64,000 bases of DNA from Candidatus Latescibacterota bacterium (GTDB lineage: Bacteria > Latescibacterota > UBA2968 > UBA8231), in assembly GCA_965217585.1 (NCBI GenBank), contig OZ244561.1, forward strand, positions 4,640,001 through 4,704,000, in the 5' to 3' direction. The notes below the pieces were generated by a model. That model was given only the letters and a program-made list of their open reading frames with translations. It was not told the DNA's origin and ran no database searches. A program made the translations under genes and the position numbers. Shown here one piece after another: positions 10,316 through 19,750 of the stretch; the stretch's first letter is position 1; every line of letters begins with the position of its first letter.

Positions 10316-11089
10316 ATGACCGAAACTGCCCCGGGCGAGGTCGCTGTCCAAGAAGAAGCGGAAAAACGCACTGTAGTACGGACTCAGCAGGTAAAGAAAA
10401 TTTACTTGATGGGCGAGATTGAAGTTCACGCCCTGCGCGGGGTGGACATGGAGATCTACACCGGCGAGTACCTGTCGATCATGGGGCCTTCAGGATCGGG
10501 TAAGAGCACCTTCTTCAACATGGTCGGCGGTCTCGACAAGCCCACGGAGGGCAAGGTGTACATCGACGAGGTGGACGTCGCCCAACTCGACGCGTATGAG
10601 CTGGCTTGGCTGCGCTGCCGCAAGATCGGCTACATTTTCCAGTCATTCAACTTGATCCCGGTGATGACCGCGCTCGAAAACGTCACCTTGCCGATGGTCT
10701 TCGCTGGCCTGACCAGCGACGAGGCCCGCGACAAGGGCATGGAGCTTTTGGTCAAGGTGGGCCTCGGCGAGCGGCACTCGCACAAGCCCTACGAGCTTTC
10801 GGGTGGCCAGCAGCAGCGCGTGGCCGTCGCCCGCGCCTTGGCCAACGACCCGGCTGTCGTCCTCGCCGACGAGCCGACGGGGAATCTGGACCTGCGCACG
10901 GGCACCGAAATCATCGAATTGCTCAAAGAGATGAACGAGAATTCCGGTGTGACAGTCATATCGGCAACCCATGACCACAAGATGCTCAGCGTCTCCGACC
11001 GCGTGGTGTGGGTCAAGGACGGCCAAGTCGATCACGTGCGCAATCGCGAAGAGCTCGATATCGAAGTAACTCAGGTAGAAGGCGAGTAG
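10316..11089 (+). CDS. ABC transporter ATP-binding protein (LolD/MacB-like)
   Basis: GPSGSGKST, LSGGQQQRV, LADEPTGNLD; RBS AGAGGAG. Confidence 0.92.
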   Translation: MTETAPGEVAVQEEAEKRTVVRTQQVKKIYLMGEIEVHALRGVDMEIYTGEYLSIMGPSGSGKSTFFNMVGGLDKPTEGKVYIDEVDVAQLDAYELAWLRCRKIGYIFQSFNLIPVMTALENVTLPMVFAGLTSDEARDKGMELLVKVGLGERHSHKPYELSGGQQQRVAVARALANDPAVVLADEPTGNLDLRTGTEIIELLKEMNENSGVTVISATHDHKMLSVSDRVVWVKDGQVDHVRNREELDIEVTQVEGE

Positions 11090-11874
11090 TGCTGCCGACC
11101 TACCCGCCCGCCTTCTGGGTCTGCGCGGTGGGGGCAGTGTTGTTGATAGGGGTGGCCAAGGCCGGCTTTGGCGGCGGCATCGGGATTTTGGCTACCCCGC
11201 TTTTGGCGCTGATGGTTTCGGTAGCGGACGCGGTGGCTCTGTTGTTGCCGCTGTTGATTGCCTGTGATGTGTTCGCCGTCCGGCACTACCGCCGCACCTT
11301 TGACAAAACGAGCGTCCAACGGCTCCTGCCCGGTTCCGTCTTGGGGATCGGCGCTGGGGCCTTTTTTTTTGGGTACTTCAGCCAACACGAGCGCGTTTTA
11401 GAGATGGGCTTGGGCTGCTTGGCCTTGCTGTTTGTCGCTTTCCAGTTTGGGCGGGCAGCGATTGTCGGGGCTGTGCGGAAGCAGCGTCCGGGGCCACTCG
11501 CCGGCGTGGTGATGGGCGCAATCTCGGGCTTTACCTCGACGATTGCCCACGCCGGGGCACCGCCGGTGGTCATCTACCTGCTGCCGCAGCAGCTACCGCG
11601 CCACGTCTTCGTCGGCACCACGGTCATCTTCTTCGCCGCGCTCAACTTACTCAAGCTGCCGCCTTATTGGGCCTTGGGGCTTTTTCACACCGACATTTTT
11701 AAGACCACTTTGCTGCTGGCACCGCTGGCGTACGCCGGGGTGAAGTTGGGCGTGTTTTTGAATCAGCGATTTAGCGACGTGTGGTTTAATCGAGTGGTGT
11801 ACGGAATGTTGCTGGCGACGGCGGTGCAGTTGATTACTGGCAGCAACCTGCTGGAGGAAATGCTCAATGGATGA
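11089..11874 (+). CDS. Sulfite exporter TauE/SafE family membrane protein
   Basis: GTG start overlapping upstream TAG; KAGFGGG, GFTSTIAHAGAPP; hydrophobic throughout. Confidence 0.8.
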   Translation: MLPTYPPAFWVCAVGAVLLIGVAKAGFGGGIGILATPLLALMVSVADAVALLLPLLIACDVFAVRHYRRTFDKTSVQRLLPGSVLGIGAGAFFFGYFSQHERVLEMGLGCLALLFVAFQFGRAAIVGAVRKQRPGPLAGVVMGAISGFTSTIAHAGAPPVVIYLLPQQLPRHVFVGTTVIFFAALNLLKLPPYWALGLFHTDIFKTTLLLAPLAYAGVKLGVFLNQRFSDVWFNRVVYGMLLATAVQLITGSNLLEEMLNG

Positions 11875-12820
11875 TAGACCCTATTCCCGCCGCACCTTCC
11901 TCAAGCTCTCGACCGCGGCGGCCGCCGGCCTTTCCATAAGTGCCGCTCCGAACCACCGCGACATGCCCTACCGAGTCCTGGGCCGCACCGGCGAAGCCGT
12001 TTCCCTGCTCGGCTTGGGCGGCGCGCACATGTCCGACCACGGCAATATGGAGGAAAAGGCGGCCATCGCCTTGATGCACGCGGCCATCTACGAGGGGATC
12101 AACTTCTTCGACAATGCTTGGGGCTACTCCGACGGCGCGAGTGAAATACGCATGGGCAAGGCGCTGAGCGGCGGCCATCGCGACCGCGTATTTCTAATGA
12201 CCAAGGACGCGAGCCGCCACCCCAAAAGGGCGATTGCCCACCTCGAAGAGAGCTTGAGTCGGCTGCAAACCGACGCGATCGACCTGTGGCAGTTTCACAG
12301 TATCAGACAGCCCGACGACCCTGAGCGGATTTACGAGCAGGGCCTGCTAGAGGCCGCGCTCAAAGCCAAGGAGGAGGGCAAGATCCGCTACATCGGCTTC
12401 ACCGGCCATACCTTGCCCGCTCTGCACGTGGAGATGATTGAGCGCGGCTTTGCTTGGGACGCCACGCAAATGCCGATCAACGTATTCGACCCGCACTACC
12501 TCAGCTTTGTCGAGCAGGTGCTGCCAGTCGCAGTAGAGAAAAACATCGGGGTCATCGCGATGAAGACCTTGGCGGGTTCGCCTGGAGCGATCCTCGCAAC
12601 GGGTGCGGCGACGGCGGTCGAGTGCTTGCGCTACGCCATGAGCCTGCCGGTGACTACCGTGTGTTCCGGGATGGATTCGCTGGAAAAGCTGCGGCAGAAT
12701 GTCGCCGTTGCCCGCAGCTTCACACCCCTCGAAGACGAAGAGCGGCTGGCGCTTTTGTCGCGCACCAAAGAGCAAGGGATGCGGGGCTCACACGAATCGT
12801 ACAAGGCTCGCCAACCCTGA
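11867..12820 (+). CDS. Tat-exported aldo/keto reductase
   Basis: SRRTFLK twin-arginine motif; LGRTGEAVSLLGLGG, FFDNAWGY, IDLWQFH. Confidence 0.85.
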   Translation: MDDRPYSRRTFLKLSTAAAAGLSISAAPNHRDMPYRVLGRTGEAVSLLGLGGAHMSDHGNMEEKAAIALMHAAIYEGINFFDNAWGYSDGASEIRMGKALSGGHRDRVFLMTKDASRHPKRAIAHLEESLSRLQTDAIDLWQFHSIRQPDDPERIYEQGLLEAALKAKEEGKIRYIGFTGHTLPALHVEMIERGFAWDATQMPINVFDPHYLSFVEQVLPVAVEKNIGVIAMKTLAGSPGAILATGAATAVECLRYAMSLPVTTVCSGMDSLEKLRQNVAVARSFTPLEDEERLALLSRTKEQGMRGSHESYKARQP

Positions 12821-12825
12821 TCGTC

Positions 12826-15804
12826 GTGCGCCATATTTTTTTCTTCCTCTTTTTTGCGGTACCCCTGTGGGGGCAAGACCTAGGCTCCGCGCCGGCCAAA
12901 CCCGCTGGTCCTCCCAAGATGGAAAGTGCGCTGTGGGAACTGGCCGCGCCCTCGGCGGCCAAGCCGACCCGCGCCGCAGCCGGCTCAGATGTGGTCGTCA
13001 TTTTGGTGCCCGCGGCGGGCGCGGCGACCACCATTGACACTACGGCTTTAGCCGCCCTCGGCGTCGAGATCTTAGCCCAGTCCAAGAGCCTGATGCGCGT
13101 GTCGGTTCCGACCGCATTGCTGCGGGCGGTATCTGAGTTGCCGAGCGTGGCCTTCGTCCGCAGGCCGTACCGTCCGCACGCGCAACAGACCTTTAGCGAG
13201 GGCTTAGCTCGCATCCGCGCGCTCGAACATCACGCCGCCGGCGCGAAGGGCCAAGGGGTCAAGGTGGCGATTATCGACGGCGGATTTAAGGGAGCCGATA
13301 AGTTGCACGAAGACATGCCGGTGCGTTTGTGGTACCGCGACTATACGGGCGAGGGGATATACGTCGGCACGGACGCCCACGGCACGGCGTGTGCCGAGAT
13401 CATCTACGACGTGGCCCCAGAAGCTGAACTCTATTTGTACAAGGTCGCGGATATAGTGGATATGGAGAATGCCAAAGATCGCTGCATACAAAACGGAGTT
13501 GCCATCGTAAACTACTCGGCGACCTGGGTGGGCGAGGGCTTTGGGGACGGGCGCGGGATCATCTGCGACATCGTAAATGATGCGGCCGACAACGGCATTC
13601 TCTGGGTCAACGCAGTCGGCAATTACGCCCCAAAGCACTACGCGGGTTTTTGGCACGACAGCGATGCCGACAATCGGCACAATTTTGCCGCTGGCGACGA
13701 CGCGGTGAATTTGGTCGCCGAAATCGGCGACGCCATAAGGGTGACGCTGACTTGGGACGATTGGCCCATCACCACTGAAGACTACGATCTATATCTCTAC
13801 TATCAAGACGCGTTCGGCAACATCAAAGAAGTCGACAAAAGCACTGATGTTCAGGGTAGCGGCGGTGCTCCTGTGGAGTGGCTCGAATACTTTGCCGGGC
13901 AAGCGGGGACGTATGGCATTTCCGTCGTCCGCGTCGGCGAGGCCGAGCCCAAGAAGCTGCGAGTGTGGTCTTGGCACCACGACATCGAATATCCGGTTGC
14001 CGCTAGCAGCTTGGGGATTCCGTCGGACGCTCGCGGTGCGCTGAGCGTTGGGGCGATCCACCACGATCAATGGGACTTGGGCATACTGGCAAGCTATAGC
14101 TCGCGCGGCCCCACCGCCGATGGCCGCATCAAGCCCGATCTCGTCGCGCCTGCGGGCGTGACAACGGTTTCTTACGGTGCGGATGGGTTTGTGGGGACCT
14201 CGGCTGCGGCTCCCCACGTGGCCGGCGCAGCCGCCCTGCTCAAATCGGCCAATCCTTCGCTCTCGCGCGACGATCTGTGGAATGCCCTCGTCGAGGCCGC
14301 CGTCGATTTGGGGGCACCGGGAAAGGACGACAGCACGGGATACGGCAAACTCGTGCTGTCGGTTTCAGCGCCGCAAATTGCGGACGTCTCGCCTGCCCGT
14401 GCTCAATACGGACAAACCGTTACCATCGTCGGCGGGGGTTTCGGCGCAGATAGAGGAACGAGCAAAGTGGTTTTTTTTGCGGGAAAGGAACCGAGCGATT
14501 CCGACTATCTCGCTTGGAGCGACGAGCAGATCCAAGTGCGCGTGCCGACCGGCGCTCGCACCGGCAAAGTGCAGGTGATAACTGGCGGCGGCAGCGACAG
14601 TGCGCAGGTGGTCGTCACGTCGCCTTACATTGAGGCGATCACCAATCACACGCGCATGGATGCGCCGGCCAAGACCGACGATCTCATCGACATTGCCGGG
14701 GACAATTTCGGCCTCGCGCGGGACAGCAGTTCTGTGTGGATTGATTCGGTCGCCGTGTCTTCGTTTGAGTCTTGGTCGGATCAGACGATACGGTTCCGCG
14801 TTCCGCTCAACGCGCCTTCGGGAGAAGTAACCGTTGTGACGTCTGAAGGCACCAGCAATGGCGTCCGCATGGAAATCGCCAGCCCGTATCTGGCACAACT
14901 TTCGCCACCGCAAGTACAAGCTGGCGAGTACCTGAAGCTGACCGGCGGCAACTTTGGCCCCGAGCGCGGCACGGGGTACGTTTTGTTTAACCCCAATGTG
15001 CAAGCGGCGGCGGCTGATTATGCACTCTGGTCTAACGGAGTCATCGTCGTCCGAGTTCCGTCCCAGGCCCGCAGTGGTGGGGTGCAGGTTTTTACCGCCG
15101 ATGGGGCCACCGGGGTCGCACAAGTTGAGATTGGCAGCGAATGGATAGAGCCGCTGCCGAGCAGTGGAATTTTCGGCTACAGCCCACCCGTGGTTAGCAA
15201 AAATCCCAAAAGCGTCAAGTTCGGTTTTGCGGGAATCAATCGCGATGTCCTGTGTCAATTTTCGACTAAGGAAATAAGCGATAACGAGGTCGTCATTTTC
15301 CTCAACGAACAAAGGTATGCAGTGCTCATAGCTGGGGAGGACTGGCGGACTTGGTATCTCGTCCTCAATCAAACATACCTCCAGTCCGGTCAAAACGTCA
15401 TCGAGTTCCGCAATATCATCAACCAAGACCGCGCGGCATCTTTCGTCCGCTGGCAGTTGAAGGACGTGGCGTTGTGGAAGCCGTTTAATGCCAAGCTCGC
15501 CGCCGGGACGCGGCTTTTGTCCAAGTTGCCGGATGGTTTGGACGATCCCTTTCCCACGCCGTTCAACGCGGAAGTTACCATTCCCTTTGTTCTGGCCGAG
15601 TCCGGTCCTGTGCGGCTTGTCGTCTATAATTTGATGGGCCAGCAGGTTCGCGTATTGGCCGATGGATGGGTGGCTGCTGGCGCGCACAGTATGCGCTGGG
15701 ATGGTCGCACGGCTACGGGTGTAGAGGCTGCTTCGGGGGTATATTGGGCCGTGTTGTACACCGGCGATGCGGTTCAAACGGCCAAATTGGCGTTGATTCG
15801 CTGA
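12826..15804 (+). CDS. Secreted S8 subtilisin-like peptidase with 3 IPT/TIG domains and FlgD-Ig C-terminal domain (paralog 1)
   Basis: Signal peptide from GTG 12826; triad VAIIDGGF / HGTACA / GTSAAAPHVAG; IPT repeats (G.NFG, W.D..I.V.VP); PFPTPFN C-terminal domain. Confidence 0.88.
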   Translation: MRHIFFFLFFAVPLWGQDLGSAPAKPAGPPKMESALWELAAPSAAKPTRAAAGSDVVVILVPAAGAATTIDTTALAALGVEILAQSKSLMRVSVPTALLRAVSELPSVAFVRRPYRPHAQQTFSEGLARIRALEHHAAGAKGQGVKVAIIDGGFKGADKLHEDMPVRLWYRDYTGEGIYVGTDAHGTACAEIIYDVAPEAELYLYKVADIVDMENAKDRCIQNGVAIVNYSATWVGEGFGDGRGIICDIVNDAADNGILWVNAVGNYAPKHYAGFWHDSDADNRHNFAAGDDAVNLVAEIGDAIRVTLTWDDWPITTEDYDLYLYYQDAFGNIKEVDKSTDVQGSGGAPVEWLEYFAGQAGTYGISVVRVGEAEPKKLRVWSWHHDIEYPVAASSLGIPSDARGALSVGAIHHDQWDLGILASYSSRGPTADGRIKPDLVAPAGVTTVSYGADGFVGTSAAAPHVAGAAALLKSANPSLSRDDLWNALVEAAVDLGAPGKDDSTGYGKLVLSVSAPQIADVSPARAQYGQTVTIVGGGFGADRGTSKVVFFAGKEPSDSDYLAWSDEQIQVRVPTGARTGKVQVITGGGSDSAQVVVTSPYIEAITNHTRMDAPAKTDDLIDIAGDNFGLARDSSSVWIDSVAVSSFESWSDQTIRFRVPLNAPSGEVTVVTSEGTSNGVRMEIASPYLAQLSPPQVQAGEYLKLTGGNFGPERGTGYVLFNPNVQAAAADYALWSNGVIVVRVPSQARSGGVQVFTADGATGVAQVEIGSEWIEPLPSSGIFGYSPPVVSKNPKSVKFGFAGINRDVLCQFSTKEISDNEVVIFLNEQRYAVLIAGEDWRTWYLVLNQTYLQSGQNVIEFRNIINQDRAASFVRWQLKDVALWKPFNAKLAAGTRLLSKLPDGLDDPFPTPFNAEVTIPFVLAESGPVRLVVYNLMGQQVRVLADGWVAAGAHSMRWDGRTATGVEAASGVYWAVLYTGDAVQTAKLALIR

Positions 15805-18800
15805 GTCGAATTACACTCATCTTCAAAGCATGGAACGACGGTGAAACCAATTAATCGTTATAGAATTATGACTGCCCTTTTCTTGGGCATCCTTGGTTAT
15901 GGACCCCTTTGGGGACAGGACTTAGACTCCGCGCCTGACAGACCCGACGGCCCTGCCAAGATACAGAGTGCGTTGTGGGAGCTAGCAACGCCGCGAGCGG
16001 CAAAGTCGATCCGCGATTTACAGGATACTGTCGTCGTCATTTTGGTTCCACATCTTGGCCAAGCGTCGGCTTCGATTGATACTTCGTCGCTGGCTGCACT
16101 TGGAGGGAGGGTTCTGGCGCAGTCTAAGAGTCTGATGCGGGTTTCGGTCCCGGCTTCGTCGTTGCTGGCGGTCTCGGAACTACCGGGGGTCAGATTCGTC
16201 CGCAGGCCGTATCGGCCGCACGCGCAACAGATCGTCCTTAGTGAAGGTGGGGCTCTCATCAAAGCGTATGACAATTACTTCGAGGGCGTGAGAGGCCAAG
16301 GAGTCAAGGTGGCCGTTATTGACGGAGGATTTAAAGGGGCGGACGAACTATCTGGAAACATGCCGGCGAGTTGGTGGTATTTCGACTATACCGGTGAAGG
16401 GATATACGCTGGCGAGATCGTCCACGGCACGGCGTGTGCCGAGATCGTCCACGATGTGGCCCTGGAAGCCGAGATATATCTCTATAAGGTGGGGGATCTG
16501 GTTGACCTTGAAAACGCCAAGGACCGCTCCATACGAGATGGTATTGATGTAATCAATCATTCCATCGGCTGGTTTGGAACAGGCATTGGCGACGGGCGAG
16601 GAGAGGCCTGCGACATTGTAAATGACGCTGCGGATAAAGGCATCCTCTGGGTAAATTCAGCGGGCAATGATGCACAGAGCCATTACTATGGGTTCTGGTC
16701 TGATTACGATTCTGACGATTGGCACAACTTTAGCGACGAAGACGAGGTGCTAGCGTTTGAAGCTGAGGAAGGGGAAGAGATAAGTGTTTTCTTGACTTGG
16801 AATGATTGGCCCGATTCCCGTCAGAATTACGACCTGTACCTCGATTTTGTAAACTCCTCCGGCGATCTCGAAACCGTCGCCGAAAGTACCAACCGTCAAA
16901 ATATTTTCGGTGGCGACCCTGTGGAATGGATAGAAATCAAGGCAGAGAGATCGGGAGAGTATGGAATTTCTGTTCGCAGCGAGGACGATGCCCGACCTAG
17001 AAGGCTGAAAATATGGTCGCTTAATCACGATTTTGAAGAGTATTCGGTCGCGGAGAACAGTATCGGGAGTCCCGCGGACGCCAGAGGGGCTATGAGCGTC
17101 GGAGCGGTTCATTTCGACTACTATGACTTGGGCAGAATTGCAAATTACAGCTCCCGCGGTCCCACCACCGATGGCCGCTTCAAACCCGAACTCGTCGCGC
17201 CTAGTGGAGTATCGACGGTTTCTTATGGAGCGTCGGAGGATTTTTATGGCTATACCGGGACCTCCGCCGCTGCGCCTCACGTCGCCGGCGCGGCGGCCCT
17301 GATCAAGTCGGCCAATCCCTCGTACTCGCGCACTCAATTGTGGAATACACTTATCGCGGCAACGGTTGATATAGGAACTAGGGGAAGGGACAACAACAGT
17401 GGATACGGCAAACTCGTGCTGCCGGTTATGCAAGTTTCCTCCTCTCCTAAAATCACTTCCATATCTCCGAGTCGGGTGCGGTACAATCAAGTCATAACCA
17501 TCCGTGGGACGGCTTTCGGCGCGAATCGGGGCACGAGCCGGGTGATTTTCCACGGGGGCAAGGAACCCAACTCTTCCCAATATGTTAGCTGGAGTGATAC
17601 CCAGATCCAAGTGAGAGTGCCAACTGGAGCGCGCACCGGCAATTTGCAGGTTGTAACCCCGAACGGAAGCGACACAGCACGGCTGACGATTACCTCTCCT
17701 TGGGTCCGTAGCATCTCCCCGCAGACCGGAAGGACCAATACCGTTGTTACCGTGAACGGGGAGAATTTTGGCTCCTCGCGGGGGAGCAGTTCCGTGCGGA
17801 TTGGTTCGGTCACGGTCTCTTCGTTTACCTCTTGGTCGAGTGGAGCGATACGGTTCCGCATTCCCCTCAATACTCCCCCCGGCAACCTGACCGTTAGAAC
17901 GTCAGAAGGCACCAGTAATTCCATCCGCCTAGAAATAACAAGCCCGTATCTGACTAGAATCTCGCCGACCCAAGTAAAAACAGGGGATCGGCTGACGCTA
18001 ACGGGGGGCAATTTTGGCACCAGACGTGGCACCGGATACGTTTTGTTTGTTGCTAATGTACGGCCCTCTGCTGCGGACTATGTGAGTTGGTCCAACAGCA
18101 GAATTGTCGTCGAGGTTCCAGATGGAGCTCAAAGCGGCAGTGTGCGGGTTATTACCTCGAATGGGACGTCGGGGACGAAGCGTCTTGAAATCGAAAGCGA
18201 GCAGCTAGAGCCACTTCCGAGCAGAGGGATCTTCGGCTACAGTCCGCCCACTGTTACCAAAAATCCCAAAAGCGTCAAGTTCGGCTTTGAGGGAATCAAT
18301 CGCGATGTCCTGTGCCAATTTTCGACCAAGGAAATAAGCAACGACGAGGTCGTCATTTTCCTCAACGAACAAAGGTATGCAGAGCTCATAGCCGGGGAGG
18401 ACTGGCGGACTTGGTATCTCGTCCTCGATGAAACATACCTCCAGTCCGGTCAAAACATTATCGAGTTCCGCAATATCATCAACCAGAACCGCACGACATC
18501 CTTCGTCCGCTGGCAGTTGAAGGAGGTGGCGTTGTGGAAGCCGTTTAGTGCCAAGCTCGCCGCAGGGGCGCGGCTTTTGTCCAAGTTGCCGGATGGACTG
18601 GTGTCCGGCCTAGGCGATCCCTTTCCCACGCCGTTCAACGCCGAAGTGACCATTCCCTTTGCTCTGGCCGAGGCCGGTCCTGTGCGGATTTCCGTCTATA
18701 ATTTGATGGGACAGCAGGTTCGCGTGTTGGCCGATGGCTGGGTGGATGCTGGCGCGCACCGCGTGCGCTGGGACGGTCGCACGGCTGCGGGCGCAGAGGC

Positions 18801-18870
18801 TGCTTCGGGGGTCTATTGGGCCGTGCTGCAAGCCGGCGGTGCCGTCCAAACGGCCAAGTTGGCGTTGATT
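15198..18870 (+). repeat. Near-identical 3' segments of the two S8 genes (about 15198-15800 and 18258-18870)
   Basis: Long exact runs shared at offset 3060 (e.g. AAAATCCCAAAAGCGTCAAGTTCGG, GAGGTCGTCATTTTCCTCAACGAACAAAGGTATGCAG). Confidence 0.85.
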
Positions 18871-18876
18871 CACTGA
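15841..18876 (+). CDS. Secreted S8 subtilisin-like peptidase with IPT/TIG and FlgD-Ig domains (paralog 2)
   Basis: Same architecture and catalytic triad as the upstream gene; signal peptide ending PLWG/QD. Confidence 0.88.
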   Translation: MKPINRYRIMTALFLGILGYGPLWGQDLDSAPDRPDGPAKIQSALWELATPRAAKSIRDLQDTVVVILVPHLGQASASIDTSSLAALGGRVLAQSKSLMRVSVPASSLLAVSELPGVRFVRRPYRPHAQQIVLSEGGALIKAYDNYFEGVRGQGVKVAVIDGGFKGADELSGNMPASWWYFDYTGEGIYAGEIVHGTACAEIVHDVALEAEIYLYKVGDLVDLENAKDRSIRDGIDVINHSIGWFGTGIGDGRGEACDIVNDAADKGILWVNSAGNDAQSHYYGFWSDYDSDDWHNFSDEDEVLAFEAEEGEEISVFLTWNDWPDSRQNYDLYLDFVNSSGDLETVAESTNRQNIFGGDPVEWIEIKAERSGEYGISVRSEDDARPRRLKIWSLNHDFEEYSVAENSIGSPADARGAMSVGAVHFDYYDLGRIANYSSRGPTTDGRFKPELVAPSGVSTVSYGASEDFYGYTGTSAAAPHVAGAAALIKSANPSYSRTQLWNTLIAATVDIGTRGRDNNSGYGKLVLPVMQVSSSPKITSISPSRVRYNQVITIRGTAFGANRGTSRVIFHGGKEPNSSQYVSWSDTQIQVRVPTGARTGNLQVVTPNGSDTARLTITSPWVRSISPQTGRTNTVVTVNGENFGSSRGSSSVRIGSVTVSSFTSWSSGAIRFRIPLNTPPGNLTVRTSEGTSNSIRLEITSPYLTRISPTQVKTGDRLTLTGGNFGTRRGTGYVLFVANVRPSAADYVSWSNSRIVVEVPDGAQSGSVRVITSNGTSGTKRLEIESEQLEPLPSRGIFGYSPPTVTKNPKSVKFGFEGINRDVLCQFSTKEISNDEVVIFLNEQRYAELIAGEDWRTWYLVLDETYLQSGQNIIEFRNIINQNRTTSFVRWQLKEVALWKPFSAKLAAGARLLSKLPDGLVSGLGDPFPTPFNAEVTIPFALAEAGPVRISVYNLMGQQVRVLADGWVDAGAHRVRWDGRTAAGAEAASGVYWAVLQAGGAVQTAKLALIH

Positions 18877-18907
18877 GCCTCTTAATTATAGTAAAGAGGA
18901 GATAATC

Positions 18908-19468
18908 ATGTTCAACGAAGAAAAGGCCACTGAACTCGCTGCCTGCATGCTGTCGTGGGGCGGCTCGATGAAGTTCATCAAGTTGCTCAAACTCATCTAC
19001 CTAGCTGATCGCGAGGCGCTGGACCGGGAAGGGCATAGCATCTCCACTGATCGCTGGGTATCGATGAAACACGGCCCGGTGCCCATTCAGACGTACAATC
19101 TGATACACCAAGAAGACGACCCCGATCGCCATTCTGTATGGAACCAGTACATCGAGAACCAAGCAGATTACTGCATCGGCCTAAAGAAAGCGATGGGAAT
19201 AAACCACCTGTCTGAAGCGGAACGGGAAATCGCCGAGGATGTCTGGAAGCAATACGGCCATCTGCCCCCTTGGGGTTCCAATGGTCTCGTCGAGCTTACT
19301 CATCACCTCCCCGAGTGGGAAAATCCCGAAGAAGATCCGCACGGTCCCCAAGCGACACCCATTCCTGTCCGACGCATCCTGCTCGCCTTGAAGAAGAGCG
19401 ACGAAGAAATCCAAGCTATCTTGGATCTGGAACAGACGGACGCTTGGCTGGATAGGATCTTGGCGTGA
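18908..19468 (+). CDS. Panacea (SocA/DUF4065-like) antitoxin domain protein
   Basis: KLLKLIYLADRE..., MKHGPV, LVELTHHLPEW motifs; RBS GAGGAG. Confidence 0.8.
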   Translation: MFNEEKATELAACMLSWGGSMKFIKLLKLIYLADREALDREGHSISTDRWVSMKHGPVPIQTYNLIHQEDDPDRHSVWNQYIENQADYCIGLKKAMGINHLSEAEREIAEDVWKQYGHLPPWGSNGLVELTHHLPEWENPEEDPHGPQATPIPVRRILLALKKSDEEIQAILDLEQTDAWLDRILA

Positions 19469-19555
19469 TACGGGCTGGCACCGTCGTCCAGTCAAAAGTT
19501 GAACCCTACCTTGGATAGACGATCTGCCATAGACGGTGTTGATTCGCTGAACAGC

Positions 19556-19584
19556 TTGACAGGCGCTAGCGGCCCTTTTACTTT
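19556..19584 (+). promoter_or_regulatory. sigma70 promoter of the trp leader
   Basis: Perfect TTGACA (19556-19561), 17 bp, TACTTT (19579-19584). Confidence 0.65.
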
Positions 19585-19593
19585 CTGCTCATT

Positions 19594-19674
19594 ATGAATT
19601 CTTCGCCTCACATTCGTCGCTGGTGGCGCACTTGGTATTCCCCGAGCAGGGAGAAAGGTGCGTCCATCCGCTAG
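19594..19674 (+). CDS. trpL: trp operon leader peptide, MNSSPHIRRWWRTWYSPSREKGASIR
   Basis: 26-codon ORF with three Trp codons (WWRTW) directly before the attenuator hairpin and trpE(G). Confidence 0.85.
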   Translation: MNSSPHIRRWWRTWYSPSREKGASIR

Positions 19675-19700
19675 ACTGCGACGAGATTAATTTTCAATCC

Positions 19701-19734
19701 AACGCGGACGCCCTCGGGTGTCCGCGTTTTTTTT
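19701..19734 (+). terminator. trp attenuator terminator hairpin
   Basis: AACGCGGACGCCC-TC-GGGTGTCCGCGTT followed by T run; alternative pairing of GCGTCC (19660-65) with GGACGC (19706-11). Confidence 0.88.
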
Positions 19735-19750
19735 GTACTTGGAGAACGTT

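Noticed and set aside
12454-12825. Long N-terminal extensions in the ORF track (also starts at 22409, 31062, 37793, 51372)
   Set aside because: They overlap upstream genes in another frame; true starts with RBS, coupling or signal peptide lie downstream
14365-15777. Long antisense ORFs (also 8957-10036, 43453-44532, 60369-61616)
   Set aside because: Shadow frames of well-supported genes in GC-rich DNA, with no recognisable motifs
19594-19740. T-box riboswitch upstream of trpE
   Set aside because: No T-box consensus or long stem I; the leader peptide explains the structure
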